64,000 bases of DNA, from contig OZ219866.1 of NCBI GenBank assembly GCA_964291675.2, positions 1,152,001-1,216,000 on the forward strand, written 5' to 3'. Below the pieces are notes generated by a model, which saw only the letters and a program-made list of their open reading frames with translations, searched no databases and had not been told where the DNA came from. Made by a program: the position numbers and the translations under genes. Source of the DNA: Alphaproteobacteria bacterium. GTDB taxonomy: Bacteria; Pseudomonadota; Alphaproteobacteria; MPNO01. Below, one piece after another: positions 9,912 through 19,473 of this stretch; the stretch's first letter is position 1, and every line of letters starts with the position of its first letter.

Positions 9912-10784
9912 ATGGAACCGAGCGCCTGTGGCCCCTACCCCTACGAAGCGATCGTCGACCGGCCGCCGCTCGTCTGGCCGGGCGGGGCGCGGATCGCGTT
10001 CTGGGTCATCCCCAACATCGAGGTCTTCGCGCTGAACGAGCGGATGCCGGACGGGCCGGGGCTCATCCCCGACGTGTCGGCCTGGGGCAGGCGGGATTAC
10101 GGCAACCGGGTCGGCGTGTTCCGCATGATGGAGGCGATGGAGCGCCACGGCGTGCGCGGAACGGTCGCGCTCAACAGCGAGGTTTGCGACGCAGCCCCGC
10201 GCGTGGTCGAGGAATGCGTGCGCCTCGGCTGGGAGCTGATGGGCCATTGCGAGAGCAACACGCGCCGGCTCAACGAGGCGGGCTCGGAAGAGGAGGCCGG
10301 GCGCATCGTCCAGCGCACCCTCGCGCGCATCGAGCGCGCCACCGGCCGCCGCCCGACCGGCTGGCTCGGCGCCGGGCGGCAGGAGACCTGGGGGACGCTC
10401 GACCGGCTGGTGGCCGAGGGCTGCCGCTACGTGGCCGACTGGGACTCCGACGACCAGCCGGTGCTGATGGAGGTCGCCGGCAGGCCGCTGGTCTCGATGC
10501 CCTACGGCGCCGGGGTCTCCGACAAGCAGGCCTTCGAGGGGAGCGGCTTCACCGCCGACGATTTCGAGCGCATGATATGCCGCGCCTTCGACGTGCTCTA
10601 TGCCGAGAGCGCGACCTCGGGCCGCGTCGCCTCGGTCTCGCTCCACCCCTATATCGTCGGCGTCCCGCACCGCATCGGCGCGCTGGACAGGGCGCTCGCC
10701 CATATAAGAGGCCACGACGACGTCTGGTTCGCCACCGGCGAGGAGATCGTCGCCCATTTCCTGGCATGGAAGGCGCAAGGCTAG
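9912..10784 (+). CDS. Polysaccharide deacetylase family protein (PuuE-like)
   Basis: WP.GARIAFW..PNIE, DYGNRVG, ELMGH, LHPYIVG.PHR. Confidence 0.85.
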   Translation: MEPSACGPYPYEAIVDRPPLVWPGGARIAFWVIPNIEVFALNERMPDGPGLIPDVSAWGRRDYGNRVGVFRMMEAMERHGVRGTVALNSEVCDAAPRVVEECVRLGWELMGHCESNTRRLNEAGSEEEAGRIVQRTLARIERATGRRPTGWLGAGRQETWGTLDRLVAEGCRYVADWDSDDQPVLMEVAGRPLVSMPYGAGVSDKQAFEGSGFTADDFERMICRAFDVLYAESATSGRVASVSLHPYIVGVPHRIGALDRALAHIRGHDDVWFATGEEIVAHFLAWKAQG

Positions 10785-10800
10785 ACGGGGAGGGCCCGCG

Positions 10801-12507
10801 ATGTTTCCCGAACACGATCTGATCCTGCACGGCGGCAAGGCGATCACGCTCGACGGCGGGTCGCGCCTGGCGCGCGCCGTGGGCGCCTCGGCGGGGCGCA
10901 TTTCGGCGGTTGGCGGCGACGCGGAGGTGCTGGCCGGGCGCGGCCGCCACACGCGGATCGTCGACCTCGGCGGAAGGGTGGTGTGTCCGGGCTTCATCGA
11001 CACCCACGCCCATATGGACCGCGAGGGGCTGAAGGCGCGCGGCGGCTACTCGCTCGCCGGGCGTCACTCGGTGGCGGCGATCGTCGATGCGGTGGCCGGC
11101 GCCTGCGCCCGCACGCCGAAGGGCGAGTGGGTGGTCTGCATGCCCATGGGCACGCCCAAGCTCTCCTATATCAGCCGGCCGGATCAGCTCGAGGAAGGCC
11201 GCTTCCCGACCCGCCACGACCTCGATGCGGTCTCGCCCGACAACCCGGTCTATATCCGCGTGCCCTGGGGCTGGTGGGTGCACCGCCCCTTCGTCGCGGT
11301 CGCCAACTCGGCGGCGCTCAGGCTCTGCGGCATCGACCGCGACACGCCGGCGCCCTACAACGTCGAGATCCTCGCCGACGGCGACGGCGAGCCCAACGGC
11401 GTGTTCCTCGACCGCTCCTACGCCCCGGTGATCGAGTACACGCTGATGCGCAAGGCGCCGAGGATCGCCTTCGAGGACCGCGTGGCGGGCTGCCGGCTGG
11501 GCGCCGTGGCCTACGCCGCCGCCGGCACGACGAGCATCTACGAGGGACACGGGCTGACGCCGGCGATCCTGGAGGCCTATCGCCGGGTGCGGGAGGACGG
11601 CGACCTCGTCGTGCGCGCCCATTTGCCGCTCAGCGTCCCGGGCGCCTCGGTCGACGACCGCAGGCTGGCCGGCATACTCGACGAATGGGCGGGGCGGCTG
11701 GCCGGGCGCGGCAGCGGCGACGACATGCTGCGCTTCGAGGGCGTGTGCGTCGACGTGGCAAACGAGCAGGCCGCGGCGATCATCGGCGAGCACTACCCAT
11801 ACGAGGCCTGGGCCGGGCATTTCTACCACTCGCTGTCGCACGACCGCTTCGTCGAGCTCGGCGTCCACGCCGCGAAGCTCGGCATCAGGCTGAGCTGCCT
11901 GATCTGCTACGACCTCGAACGGGTGCTCAGGGCCTATGAGGCGATCGACGCAAAGGTGTCGATCCGCGACCGGCGCTGGGTGATGATCCACGTGATCGAG
12001 GCGAGCGCCGACCAGATCCGCCGCATGAAGGCGCTCGGCGTGATCGCGACCGTGACGCCCAACTTCATGTACATGGCGTCCGACCGCTTCAACCTGCACG
12101 AGATCGGCGAGCGCGCGATGCCGATCCGCGCGCTGATCGATGCCGGGGTGCCGGTCGCGCTGTCGTCGGACAACGTGCCCTACTCCATGTTGTGGACCAT
12201 GTGGGAGGCGCTCGCCCGCTACGACGCCGATTCCGGGCGCAAGCTCGGCCAAAGCAACCTCACCCGCGAGGAGGCGCTGCGCATGATCTGCCAGACCGGC
12301 GCCGCGGTGACCTGGGAAGAGGACGCGAAGGGCGCGCTGGAGGTGGGCAAGCTGGCCGACATGGTCGTGCTGGACGGCGACCCGCTGAGCTGCGCCGAGG
12401 ACGCGATCAAGCACATTCGCGTCGAGCGCACCTTCCTCGGCGGCCGCGAGGTGTTCGGCCCCGGCATGACCGACCCCGGCCCGGTCGACGGCATGGACCC
12501 GCTCTGA
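10801..12507 (+). CDS. Amidohydrolase_3 (YtcJ-like) metal-dependent hydrolase
   Basis: DLGGRVVCPGFIDTHAH, SSD, GALEVGKLADMVVLD. Confidence 0.85.
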   Translation: MFPEHDLILHGGKAITLDGGSRLARAVGASAGRISAVGGDAEVLAGRGRHTRIVDLGGRVVCPGFIDTHAHMDREGLKARGGYSLAGRHSVAAIVDAVAGACARTPKGEWVVCMPMGTPKLSYISRPDQLEEGRFPTRHDLDAVSPDNPVYIRVPWGWWVHRPFVAVANSAALRLCGIDRDTPAPYNVEILADGDGEPNGVFLDRSYAPVIEYTLMRKAPRIAFEDRVAGCRLGAVAYAAAGTTSIYEGHGLTPAILEAYRRVREDGDLVVRAHLPLSVPGASVDDRRLAGILDEWAGRLAGRGSGDDMLRFEGVCVDVANEQAAAIIGEHYPYEAWAGHFYHSLSHDRFVELGVHAAKLGIRLSCLICYDLERVLRAYEAIDAKVSIRDRRWVMIHVIEASADQIRRMKALGVIATVTPNFMYMASDRFNLHEIGERAMPIRALIDAGVPVALSSDNVPYSMLWTMWEALARYDADSGRKLGQSNLTREEALRMICQTGAAVTWEEDAKGALEVGKLADMVVLDGDPLSCAEDAIKHIRVERTFLGGREVFGPGMTDPGPVDGMDPL

Positions 12508-12657
12508 CCGTGTCCGTCGACGGGGCTCCGCCATGCGGGCCGGGCATGGGCACGGCGCCAATCGGCATTTCCGGTTTGGGCGGCCCCGTGCTAGCCGGTT
12601 CCTCGAGGCGGGCGGCACCGGCTTGAGCGAGCGACAGGACCGCGGACTGTGCGAGGC

Positions 12658-15048
12658 ATGAAGGCGCTCCACGAGTTCGAGTCGCGCTTCGGCGGCTGGG
12701 TCATCGCGCTGCGCTGGCCGATCGTCGCCGTCGCCCTGGTGCTGACCGGGATCGCGGCGGCCGGCACGGCATTTCTCGAATTCTCGGCCGACGACCGCAT
12801 CTACTTCGCCAAGGACAATCCCCAGCTCCTCGCAAGCGAGGCGATGGAGAACACCTACGGCAAGACCAACAACGTGCTCTTCGCCGTCGTGCCGGAGGAC
12901 CGCGACGCCACCTCGGCCGTCGCGCTCGAAGCCATCGCCTGGCTCACCGAACGGTCCTGGCAGATTCCCCATGCCACCCGCGTCGACTCGCTGACCAACT
13001 TCCAGCACTCAACGGCGGACGGCGACGACATCCTGGTCCGCGACCTCCTGGAGGTCGCCGCCGACGGCGATGGCGGCGGGCGGTCCAGGATCCGCGCGAT
13101 CGCCCTGGCCGAACCGCTGCTTGCGGGGCGGCTGATCGCGCGCGACGGCGCGGTCGGCGGCGTCAACGTCACCATCGCCCTGCCCGGCGGGGACGAGATG
13201 CGCGAAAGGGGGCGGGTGGCCGCGTTCTCCTACGGGCTCGCGGACCGGGTTCGCGAGCGCTTTCCCGGCACCGACGTGCGCGTGACCGGCCAGGTGATTT
13301 TCAACCAGGCCTTCATGGAGGTCTCGCTGCGCGACCTCCAGACGCTGGTTCCGGCGAGCTTCGCGGCGATGACGCTGATGCTGGTGCTGCTGACCGGCGG
13401 GCTGGGCGGGACCTTCGCGATCATGCTCGTGGTCGCGCTGTCGGTGATGACCGCGGTGGGTCTCGGCGGATGGGTGGGGCTGCCGATGACGACGCCCTCC
13501 GCCATCGCGCCGGTCGTCGTGCTCACGGTCGCCATCGCCAGCTGCGTGCACATATTCTCGAGCGTCGTCCACCACATGCAGAGCGATGCGTCACGCGCGC
13601 CCGCGGATCGGGGTAGCGGCGAGCGCAAGCGGAACGCGATCGTGGAATCGGTGCGGGTCAATCTTCAACCAGTGTTCCTCGCCTGCCTGACCACCGCGTT
13701 CGGCTTCCTCAGCATGAACTTCTCCGAGGTGCCGCCGCTCCGCCATCTCGGCACCTTCGTCGCGTTCGGGGTCGGCGCGGCCTTCCTGCTCTCGGTGAGC
13801 GTTCTGCCGGCGCTGCTCTCGCTGCTGCCGGTCCGGGTGCGCCAGGCCGGATACCGCCGCGATGCCGCGATGGCCGCGCTCGGGGAGTTCGTCATCCGCC
13901 GGCGCCGCGCATTGCTGTGGGGGTTCGGAGCGGTCGCGGTAGTGCTCGTCGCCTCGATTCCCCGCAACGAGCTGAACGACGTCTTCCTCCACTATTTCGA
14001 CCGGAGCATCGAGTTCCGGCGCGACGCGGATTTCACCGTCGAGCACCTCACCGGCATCTATACGATGGAGTACGCGCTCGCCTCGGGCGAGCGGGGCGGG
14101 ATCGCCGACCCCGCCTACCTCGCCGACCTCGCCGCGTTCGCCGGGTGGTACAGGGAGCAGCCCGAGACGATCCACGTCAACGTCGTCACCGATACCTTCC
14201 GGCGGCTCAACATGAGCCTGCATGGCGACGATCCGGCCGAGTACCGCCTGCCCGCGAGCCGCGAGCTGGCCGCGCAGTACCTGCTGCTCTACGAGCTGTC
14301 ACTTCCCGCCGGGCTCGATCTCAACAACCAGATCGACGTCGACAAGTCGGCGACCCGCATGACGGTGGCGACGAGGACGCTGTCGTCGAACGAGGTGATC
14401 GCGCTCGACCGGCGCGCGCTGCGATGGCTGGCCGACCGCGCGCCCCACATCGCCCGCGCCGAGAGCGCCGGCGGCACGTTGATGTTCGCCTATCTCGGTC
14501 GGCGCAACATCATCGCGATGCTGCTCGGCACCACCGTCGCCCTGATCGGGATTTCCCTCGTGCTCGTGCTCGCCCTGCGGTCGTTGCGGCTCGGCCTCGC
14601 GAGCCTGGTCCCCAACCTGGTTCCCGGCGCGATGGGGTTCGGCATCTGGGGTTGGGCGGTCGGAGAGGTCGGGGTCTCGCTGTCGATGGTGACGGCCATG
14701 ACGCTCGGCATCGTGGTCGACGACACGGTGCACTTCCTGAGCAAGTACCAGCGCGCCCGGCGCGAGCTCGGTTGCGCGCCCCCCGACGCGGTGCGCGTCG
14801 CGTTTCGCACCGTGGGCCGCGCGCTGCTCACGACGTCTGTCGTGCTGGTCGCCGGATTCGTGGTGGTGAGCCTCTCCAGCTTCGAGCTCAACTCCGGCAT
14901 GGGCAGGCTCACCGCGATGGTCATCGCGCTCGCGCTCGTGGCCGATCTCTTTCTCCTGCCGCCGCTGCTCATGCGGATCGACCGGTCACGGGGCGCGGCG
15001 GGCGACCCGGGCGATTCGGCGAGCCGGACCGTCGGTTCGCATCGCTGA
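12658..15048 (+). CDS. MMPL/RND-family exporter
   Basis: Two repeated TM halves; GIVVDDTVHFL; LTTAFGFLS. Confidence 0.85.
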   Translation: MKALHEFESRFGGWVIALRWPIVAVALVLTGIAAAGTAFLEFSADDRIYFAKDNPQLLASEAMENTYGKTNNVLFAVVPEDRDATSAVALEAIAWLTERSWQIPHATRVDSLTNFQHSTADGDDILVRDLLEVAADGDGGGRSRIRAIALAEPLLAGRLIARDGAVGGVNVTIALPGGDEMRERGRVAAFSYGLADRVRERFPGTDVRVTGQVIFNQAFMEVSLRDLQTLVPASFAAMTLMLVLLTGGLGGTFAIMLVVALSVMTAVGLGGWVGLPMTTPSAIAPVVVLTVAIASCVHIFSSVVHHMQSDASRAPADRGSGERKRNAIVESVRVNLQPVFLACLTTAFGFLSMNFSEVPPLRHLGTFVAFGVGAAFLLSVSVLPALLSLLPVRVRQAGYRRDAAMAALGEFVIRRRRALLWGFGAVAVVLVASIPRNELNDVFLHYFDRSIEFRRDADFTVEHLTGIYTMEYALASGERGGIADPAYLADLAAFAGWYREQPETIHVNVVTDTFRRLNMSLHGDDPAEYRLPASRELAAQYLLLYELSLPAGLDLNNQIDVDKSATRMTVATRTLSSNEVIALDRRALRWLADRAPHIARAESAGGTLMFAYLGRRNIIAMLLGTTVALIGISLVLVLALRSLRLGLASLVPNLVPGAMGFGIWGWAVGEVGVSLSMVTAMTLGIVVDDTVHFLSKYQRARRELGCAPPDAVRVAFRTVGRALLTTSVVLVAGFVVVSLSSFELNSGMGRLTAMVIALALVADLFLLPPLLMRIDRSRGAAGDPGDSASRTVGSHR

Positions 15049-15095
15049 CAAATAAAAATATACTTAAAGCTGATATTAATATTCCTTGGTTTTTG
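15049..15095. promoter_or_regulatory. AT-rich tract upstream of STAS gene (likely promoter/regulatory)
   Basis: Near-pure A/T run in a high-GC background. Confidence 0.4.
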
Positions 15096-15193
15096 GCGCC
15101 CGAGGATGCACCATCCCCCGGTGGGAAAGAACCAGACGAGAACCGGCGACCGGGTCGCGCATCGGGTTAACCGGGCCACGGGACGTCGAGACG

Positions 15194-15532
15194 ATGGAAG
15201 TCACGGTCGAACGAAATGACGACGTCCTGTCGCTTGGCGTAAAGGGGCGCATCGACTACACCACCGCCCCCGCCTTCGACGAGGCGGTCGAACGCGCGAT
15301 GACGGAAACCGACCGCGCCCTGATCCTGGACTTCGAGGAGGTCGCCTTCATCGGCAGCGCGGGTCTCCGCGTCATTCTGCTCAAGGGGAAGGCGCTGCGG
15401 GATCGGGGTGTCGAACTGGCGCTTTGCGCGCTCTCCGATCCGGTTCGCGGGGTCTTCCAGGTTACCGGCTTCGACCAGCTGTTTCCGATTCACGCGACCG
15501 CGGCGGACGCACGCGCATCGCTCGGCGCCTGA
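15194..15532 (+). CDS. STAS domain anti-sigma factor antagonist
   Basis: GRID..A; LILDFEEVAFIGSAGLR with phospho-acceptor Ser; VFQVTGFD. Confidence 0.9.
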   Translation: MEVTVERNDDVLSLGVKGRIDYTTAPAFDEAVERAMTETDRALILDFEEVAFIGSAGLRVILLKGKALRDRGVELALCALSDPVRGVFQVTGFDQLFPIHATAADARASLGA

Positions 15533-15672
15533 GTCGCCGGGAAGGACCCGCCGTCGGCTATCGGGCGCGACGGTGAAGCCGATCGACCGGCAGGACAGCC
15601 CGGTGGAAGACGTCTGGCGAAGCTTCGAGCGGAGCCGGGGGAGCCCCGCTTCCTGACGGGACGCCCGGCCCG

Positions 15673-16242
15673 CTACCCCGCCCCCGGCGCCGTCCCGCCG
15701 ATCCCCAGCCGCTCCGCGAAGCGGGCGCGCCAGCGCTCGACCGGTTCCGTCGTCGGGTCGGATTCGAGCATCCGCCAGGTGCGCTCGGCGATCTCCGCGT
15801 CGCTCATCGAGAGGTCGAGGTCGCCGGAATAATAGGGCTGGTCGACATGCCAGGGGGTGTCGACGAAGACCTCGGTGCGGTTGCCCTCCGGGTCGTCGCA
15901 ATAGACCGACCATGCGACGCCGTGGTTGACGGTGAGCAGGTTGGCGACCCCGGGCCAGTCCTCGAGCGCCCGGTGGATCTCCCGCAGCCGGTCGAGGTCG
16001 CCCACCTCGAAAGACACGTGGTTGTGGTGGACGCCGTCCCGCGCCGTCCGCCCCTGGTACAGCACGAGCTGATGGTGGTCGCGCGGGTCGGCGCCGAGAA
16101 AGGCGATCTCGCCCCGCCCCTCCAGCGTGCCCCGGTCGGTGACCTCGAGCCCGTAGACGGCGGTGAAGAAGTCCACCATCCGGTCGAGGTCGAAGACGTG
16201 GAACCCGGCATGGCTGAGACGGATCGCCGGTCTTGCGCTCAT
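15673..16242 (-). CDS. VOC/glyoxalase (extradiol dioxygenase-like) family protein
   Basis: LSHAG, HHQLVL, NHVSF, HG.AWSVY..DPEGNRTEV. Confidence 0.85.
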   Translation of the reverse strand: MSARPAIRLSHAGFHVFDLDRMVDFFTAVYGLEVTDRGTLEGRGEIAFLGADPRDHHQLVLYQGRTARDGVHHNHVSFEVGDLDRLREIHRALEDWPGVANLLTVNHGVAWSVYCDDPEGNRTEVFVDTPWHVDQPYYSGDLDLSMSDAEIAERTWRMLESDPTTEPVERWRARFAERLGIGGTAPGAG

Positions 16243-16385
16243 CGGAACCTCCTGTCGTGGCTCGGGCGGATTATCGCGCATCGGGGATGCATCCTCCCAT
16301 GGCCGTTTTGCGGGAGCCCGCCGCGGGGTTGCGCGTCGCCATGTACCGGGCGCGACGCGGCGGTCAACGAACCCGCGCGCCCCGG

Positions 16386-17342
16386 TCAGGACGCGACCAG
16401 GGCGTCGCCGACCATCTCCCGCGCCTCCTCGACGAGCGCCAGCCCCGCGTCGGTCGCGTTCTCGGCCAGGATGTCGATCCATAGCTGACCCTGATAGACC
16501 GCGCGGTGGACGAGGCCGATGCGCCGCGACGGCTCGGGATCGGAGAACCTGAGCAAGCGCAGCTCGGGCGCGGCGGTGCTCTCGCACAGCGCGGCGGTCT
16601 CCGGGATCAGCGTGAGCCCCGCGCCGTTCGCCACCAGCTTCGCCAGGGTCGTCAGCGACCCCGCGCCGCGGCGGACTTCCTGGATGCGCCACATCGAGCA
16701 GGCTCCGAGAACCTGGTCCGCCAGGCAATGGCCCTCCCCGAGCGTCAGCAACGGGCCGATATCGGCTCGCGCCAGATCCGCCGGGTGCGGGTCGCCGTCC
16801 AGCGCGCGCACCGCGGAGAGCCGCCTGGCGCGGCCGGCGAGCAGGAACCGGTCCTCGAACAGCTCCCGTTCCGGCAGCTCCAGCAGTCCGAGCGGCAGCG
16901 AGACGATCGCCGCGTCGAGCCGCCCGGCCAGCAGATGGGTGATCAGATTCTGGCCGGGCCCCTCGGTAACGTTGAGCTCGACGCGCGGCGCGGAGCGTTC
17001 CAGCCGGGCCAGCAGACCCGGCAGCAGATAGGGCGCGAGAGTGGACAGGATACCGACCGAAAACCGCAAGGGGCCCTCTTCGAAGCGCTTGCCCATGGTC
17101 TCCAGCAGCAGCGTTTCGTCGAGGATCCGCAGGGTCTGTTCATGGGCTTCGCGGCCCAGCCGGGTGAGCTGGATGCCGCGGCTCTCGCGCTCCACCACGG
17201 GCCCGCCGAGCGTGGCTTCGAGCTCCCGGATCTGCAGCGACAGGGCGGGCTGCGACACGTGAACGCTCTCGGCCGCGCGGCTGAACGAGCCATGCTCGAT
17301 CAAAGCCCGAAAGTAGCGCAGTTGACGTAAGGTAACCGGCAT
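16386..17342 (-). CDS. oxyR: OxyR-like LysR regulator
   Basis: LysR HTH (TLRQLRYF..HVSQPALS.QI); GHCLADQVLGAC keeps the C-x8-C pair equivalent to E. coli OxyR C199/C208. Confidence 0.75.
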   Translation of the reverse strand: MPVTLRQLRYFRALIEHGSFSRAAESVHVSQPALSLQIRELEATLGGPVVERESRGIQLTRLGREAHEQTLRILDETLLLETMGKRFEEGPLRFSVGILSTLAPYLLPGLLARLERSAPRVELNVTEGPGQNLITHLLAGRLDAAIVSLPLGLLELPERELFEDRFLLAGRARRLSAVRALDGDPHPADLARADIGPLLTLGEGHCLADQVLGACSMWRIQEVRRGAGSLTTLAKLVANGAGLTLIPETAALCESTAAPELRLLRFSDPEPSRRIGLVHRAVYQGQLWIDILAENATDAGLALVEEAREMVGDALVAS

Positions 17343-17444
17343 AGCTCCTCTCCTGTGGCGCCTTCGCGCCGCCTTGCTTTCCCGTTCCGGTCCCGGGAGC
17401 CCCCGGACGGGGCTCCCGGTCGCGGATGCGCCTATCAAGGCACC

Positions 17445-17520
17445 TCATGGATATACGCCGGACGATAAATAAAAAATAATACCGATTTCTTGGAAACTTT
17501 ATAAGAAAATATAATGCACC
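17445..17520. promoter_or_regulatory. AT-rich divergent promoter region between oxyR-like gene and aldolase operon
   Basis: Strongly A/T-rich, includes TATAAT near 17510. Confidence 0.5.
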
Positions 17521-17617
17521 AGCCATTGCGCCCGACGCCGCGGCTCGCGCCGCCCGGTGCGGCGTGGTAAGACCGGCGCCAGGCATCGATCCGCGGCAAG
17601 GCAGAGGGGGTTCCGGC

Positions 17618-18334
17618 ATGAGCGATGTGCTTCAGGCGATGCGCGACGTGGTGGTCGCCAACCGCATCCTGGCCCGCGAGGGGGTGGTCGATGCCTACGG
17701 CCATGTCAGCGTGCGCCATCCCGACAACCCGGGACGCTATCTGATGTCGTGCTCGCGCTCGCCGGAGCTGGTCACCCTCGACGACATCATGGAGTTCACC
17801 CTGGACGGCGAGCCGGTGGACGACTCGGGCCGGGTGCCCTACGCCGAGCGCTTCATCCACGGCGCGATCTTCGAGAACCGGCCCGACGTCAATTCCGTGG
17901 TCCACAACCACTCGCACGCGGTCATCCCCTTCGGGGTGACCGGGGTCAAGCTCAGGCCGATCATCCATGTCGGCTCGGCGATCGGCGCCGACATCCCGGT
18001 CTGGGACATTCGCGACCGGTTCGGCGACACCAACCTGCTGGTGGTCGACATGGAACAGGGGCGCGACCTCGCCGACTGTCTCGGCGACAACCGGGTGGCG
18101 CTGATGCGTGGCCATGGCTGCGCGGTGGCGGGCGGCTCGCACCAGCAATCGGTGATGACGTCGGTCTACCTCCAGGTCGCGGCCGAGCTGCAGGCCGCGG
18201 CGATGCGGATGGGCGAGGTGACCTATCTGTCGGATGCCGAGATCGAGCACTGCTCGGCCACCTTCACCAGCGAGATATCGGTCAACCGGGCGTGGCAGTA
18301 TCTCCGCCACCGCGCCGGCGTGACCGATTTCTAG
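17618..18334 (+). CDS. Class II aldolase/adducin family protein
   Basis: DAYGHVS, ERFIHG, VVHNHS, LMRGHG Zn ligands. Confidence 0.9.
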   Translation: MSDVLQAMRDVVVANRILAREGVVDAYGHVSVRHPDNPGRYLMSCSRSPELVTLDDIMEFTLDGEPVDDSGRVPYAERFIHGAIFENRPDVNSVVHNHSHAVIPFGVTGVKLRPIIHVGSAIGADIPVWDIRDRFGDTNLLVVDMEQGRDLADCLGDNRVALMRGHGCAVAGGSHQQSVMTSVYLQVAAELQAAAMRMGEVTYLSDAEIEHCSATFTSEISVNRAWQYLRHRAGVTDF

Positions 18335-18343
18335 GAGGCCTCG

Positions 18344-18862
18344 ATGGCCGGGCCGAGCCGCGAGATCGCCGCCGCGATCGCCGAGCAGGCGGCGCAGTCG
18401 GGGATCGAGCTGGTCGCCAGCCTGCCGGACGGCTGGATCGCCGCGCTGATCGAGGCATTCGAGGCCGACCCGCGGTTCGACCACATCCCGGTCAACCGCG
18501 AGGAATCGGCGATCGGGCTGTGCTCGGGCGCGTTCTTCGGCGGCAAGGGCTCGCTCGCCCTGATGGGCGCGTCCGGGCTGATGACCTGCATCTACGCGAT
18601 CACCAAGATCAACTACACCTACATGGTGCCGATGACGATCTTCATAACCATGCGGGGGCGGCTCGGCGACCGCGCCAAGTTCCACGTCTCGAACGGGCTC
18701 TATCTGGAGCCCGTCATGCGCTCGATCGACCTGCCCTACACGGTGATCGAGCGGCCGGACCAGCTCGGCGAGATCCGCCGCGCCGAGGCCCATTCGCGGA
18801 CCATCTCGCGCCCCGTGGTGGTGGGCTTCACCCGCGACCTGCTGTACGGGGAGAGCGGCTGA
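18344..18862 (+). CDS. ThDP-dependent decarboxylase PYR/alpha subunit (ComD-like)
   Basis: SLPDGWI, VNREESAIGLCSGA. Confidence 0.8.
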   Translation: MAGPSREIAAAIAEQAAQSGIELVASLPDGWIAALIEAFEADPRFDHIPVNREESAIGLCSGAFFGGKGSLALMGASGLMTCIYAITKINYTYMVPMTIFITMRGRLGDRAKFHVSNGLYLEPVMRSIDLPYTVIERPDQLGEIRRAEAHSRTISRPVVVGFTRDLLYGESG

Positions 18863-19464
18863 TGGCGATGCAGATGGAGGCCTGTTTCGCCCATCTGGTC
18901 GAGCGCTGGACCGACGAAGTCGTGGTCACCTCGGCCGGCAACGCCTCCGAGATGTGGTGGAAGCTCACCGGCGAAACGGAGAAGGTGTTTTACCTCGAAG
19001 CCTCGATGAGCCTCGCCTCGCTGTTCGCCGCCGGCATCGCCTACGGCATCCCGCGGGCCAATGTGTGGGCGTTCTCGGGCGACGGGGCGTTCCTGATGAA
19101 CCCCGGCATGCTGACGGTGGAGCGCCGGCTGGGGCTGCCCAACCTGACGCATTTCCTTCTCGACAACGGGGTCTACGGCGCGACCTTCGAGATCGGCATG
19201 TCGGATGCGGGCGAGACCGACTACGCCGCGCTGGCGCGCGCCTGCGGGCTTCAGAACGTGTTCCGTTTCGGAACGCTCGGCGAGCTGAGCGACGGCATGG
19301 ACGAGGTCGAGCGGGTCAACGGCGAGGCCTTCGTGGTGCTCGACGTCGAGCCGCACGGCTCCGCCCTGCCGGACCCGCCGATGGACGGCCCGGAATGCAA
19401 GTTCCGCTTCGGCCGCCATCTCGAGCGCACCTACGGCGTGAGGATCTTCGACGCCCGGGTCTGA
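18862..19464 (+). CDS. ThDP-dependent decarboxylase PP/beta subunit
   Basis: TGATG coupling; SGDGAFLMNPG...LDNG motif. Confidence 0.8.
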   Translation: MAMQMEACFAHLVERWTDEVVVTSAGNASEMWWKLTGETEKVFYLEASMSLASLFAAGIAYGIPRANVWAFSGDGAFLMNPGMLTVERRLGLPNLTHFLLDNGVYGATFEIGMSDAGETDYAALARACGLQNVFRFGTLGELSDGMDEVERVNGEAFVVLDVEPHGSALPDPPMDGPECKFRFGRHLERTYGVRIFDARV

Positions 19465-19473
19465 GGCGGACGC

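Noticed and set aside
15094-15112. Sigma54 promoter (TGGCGC..TGC) before the STAS gene
   Set aside because: GG-to-GC spacing is 11 rather than 10 nt
17445-17520. Canonical OxyR box (ATAG-N7-CTAT repeats)
   Set aside because: The tract is AT-rich but does not match the consensus spacing convincingly
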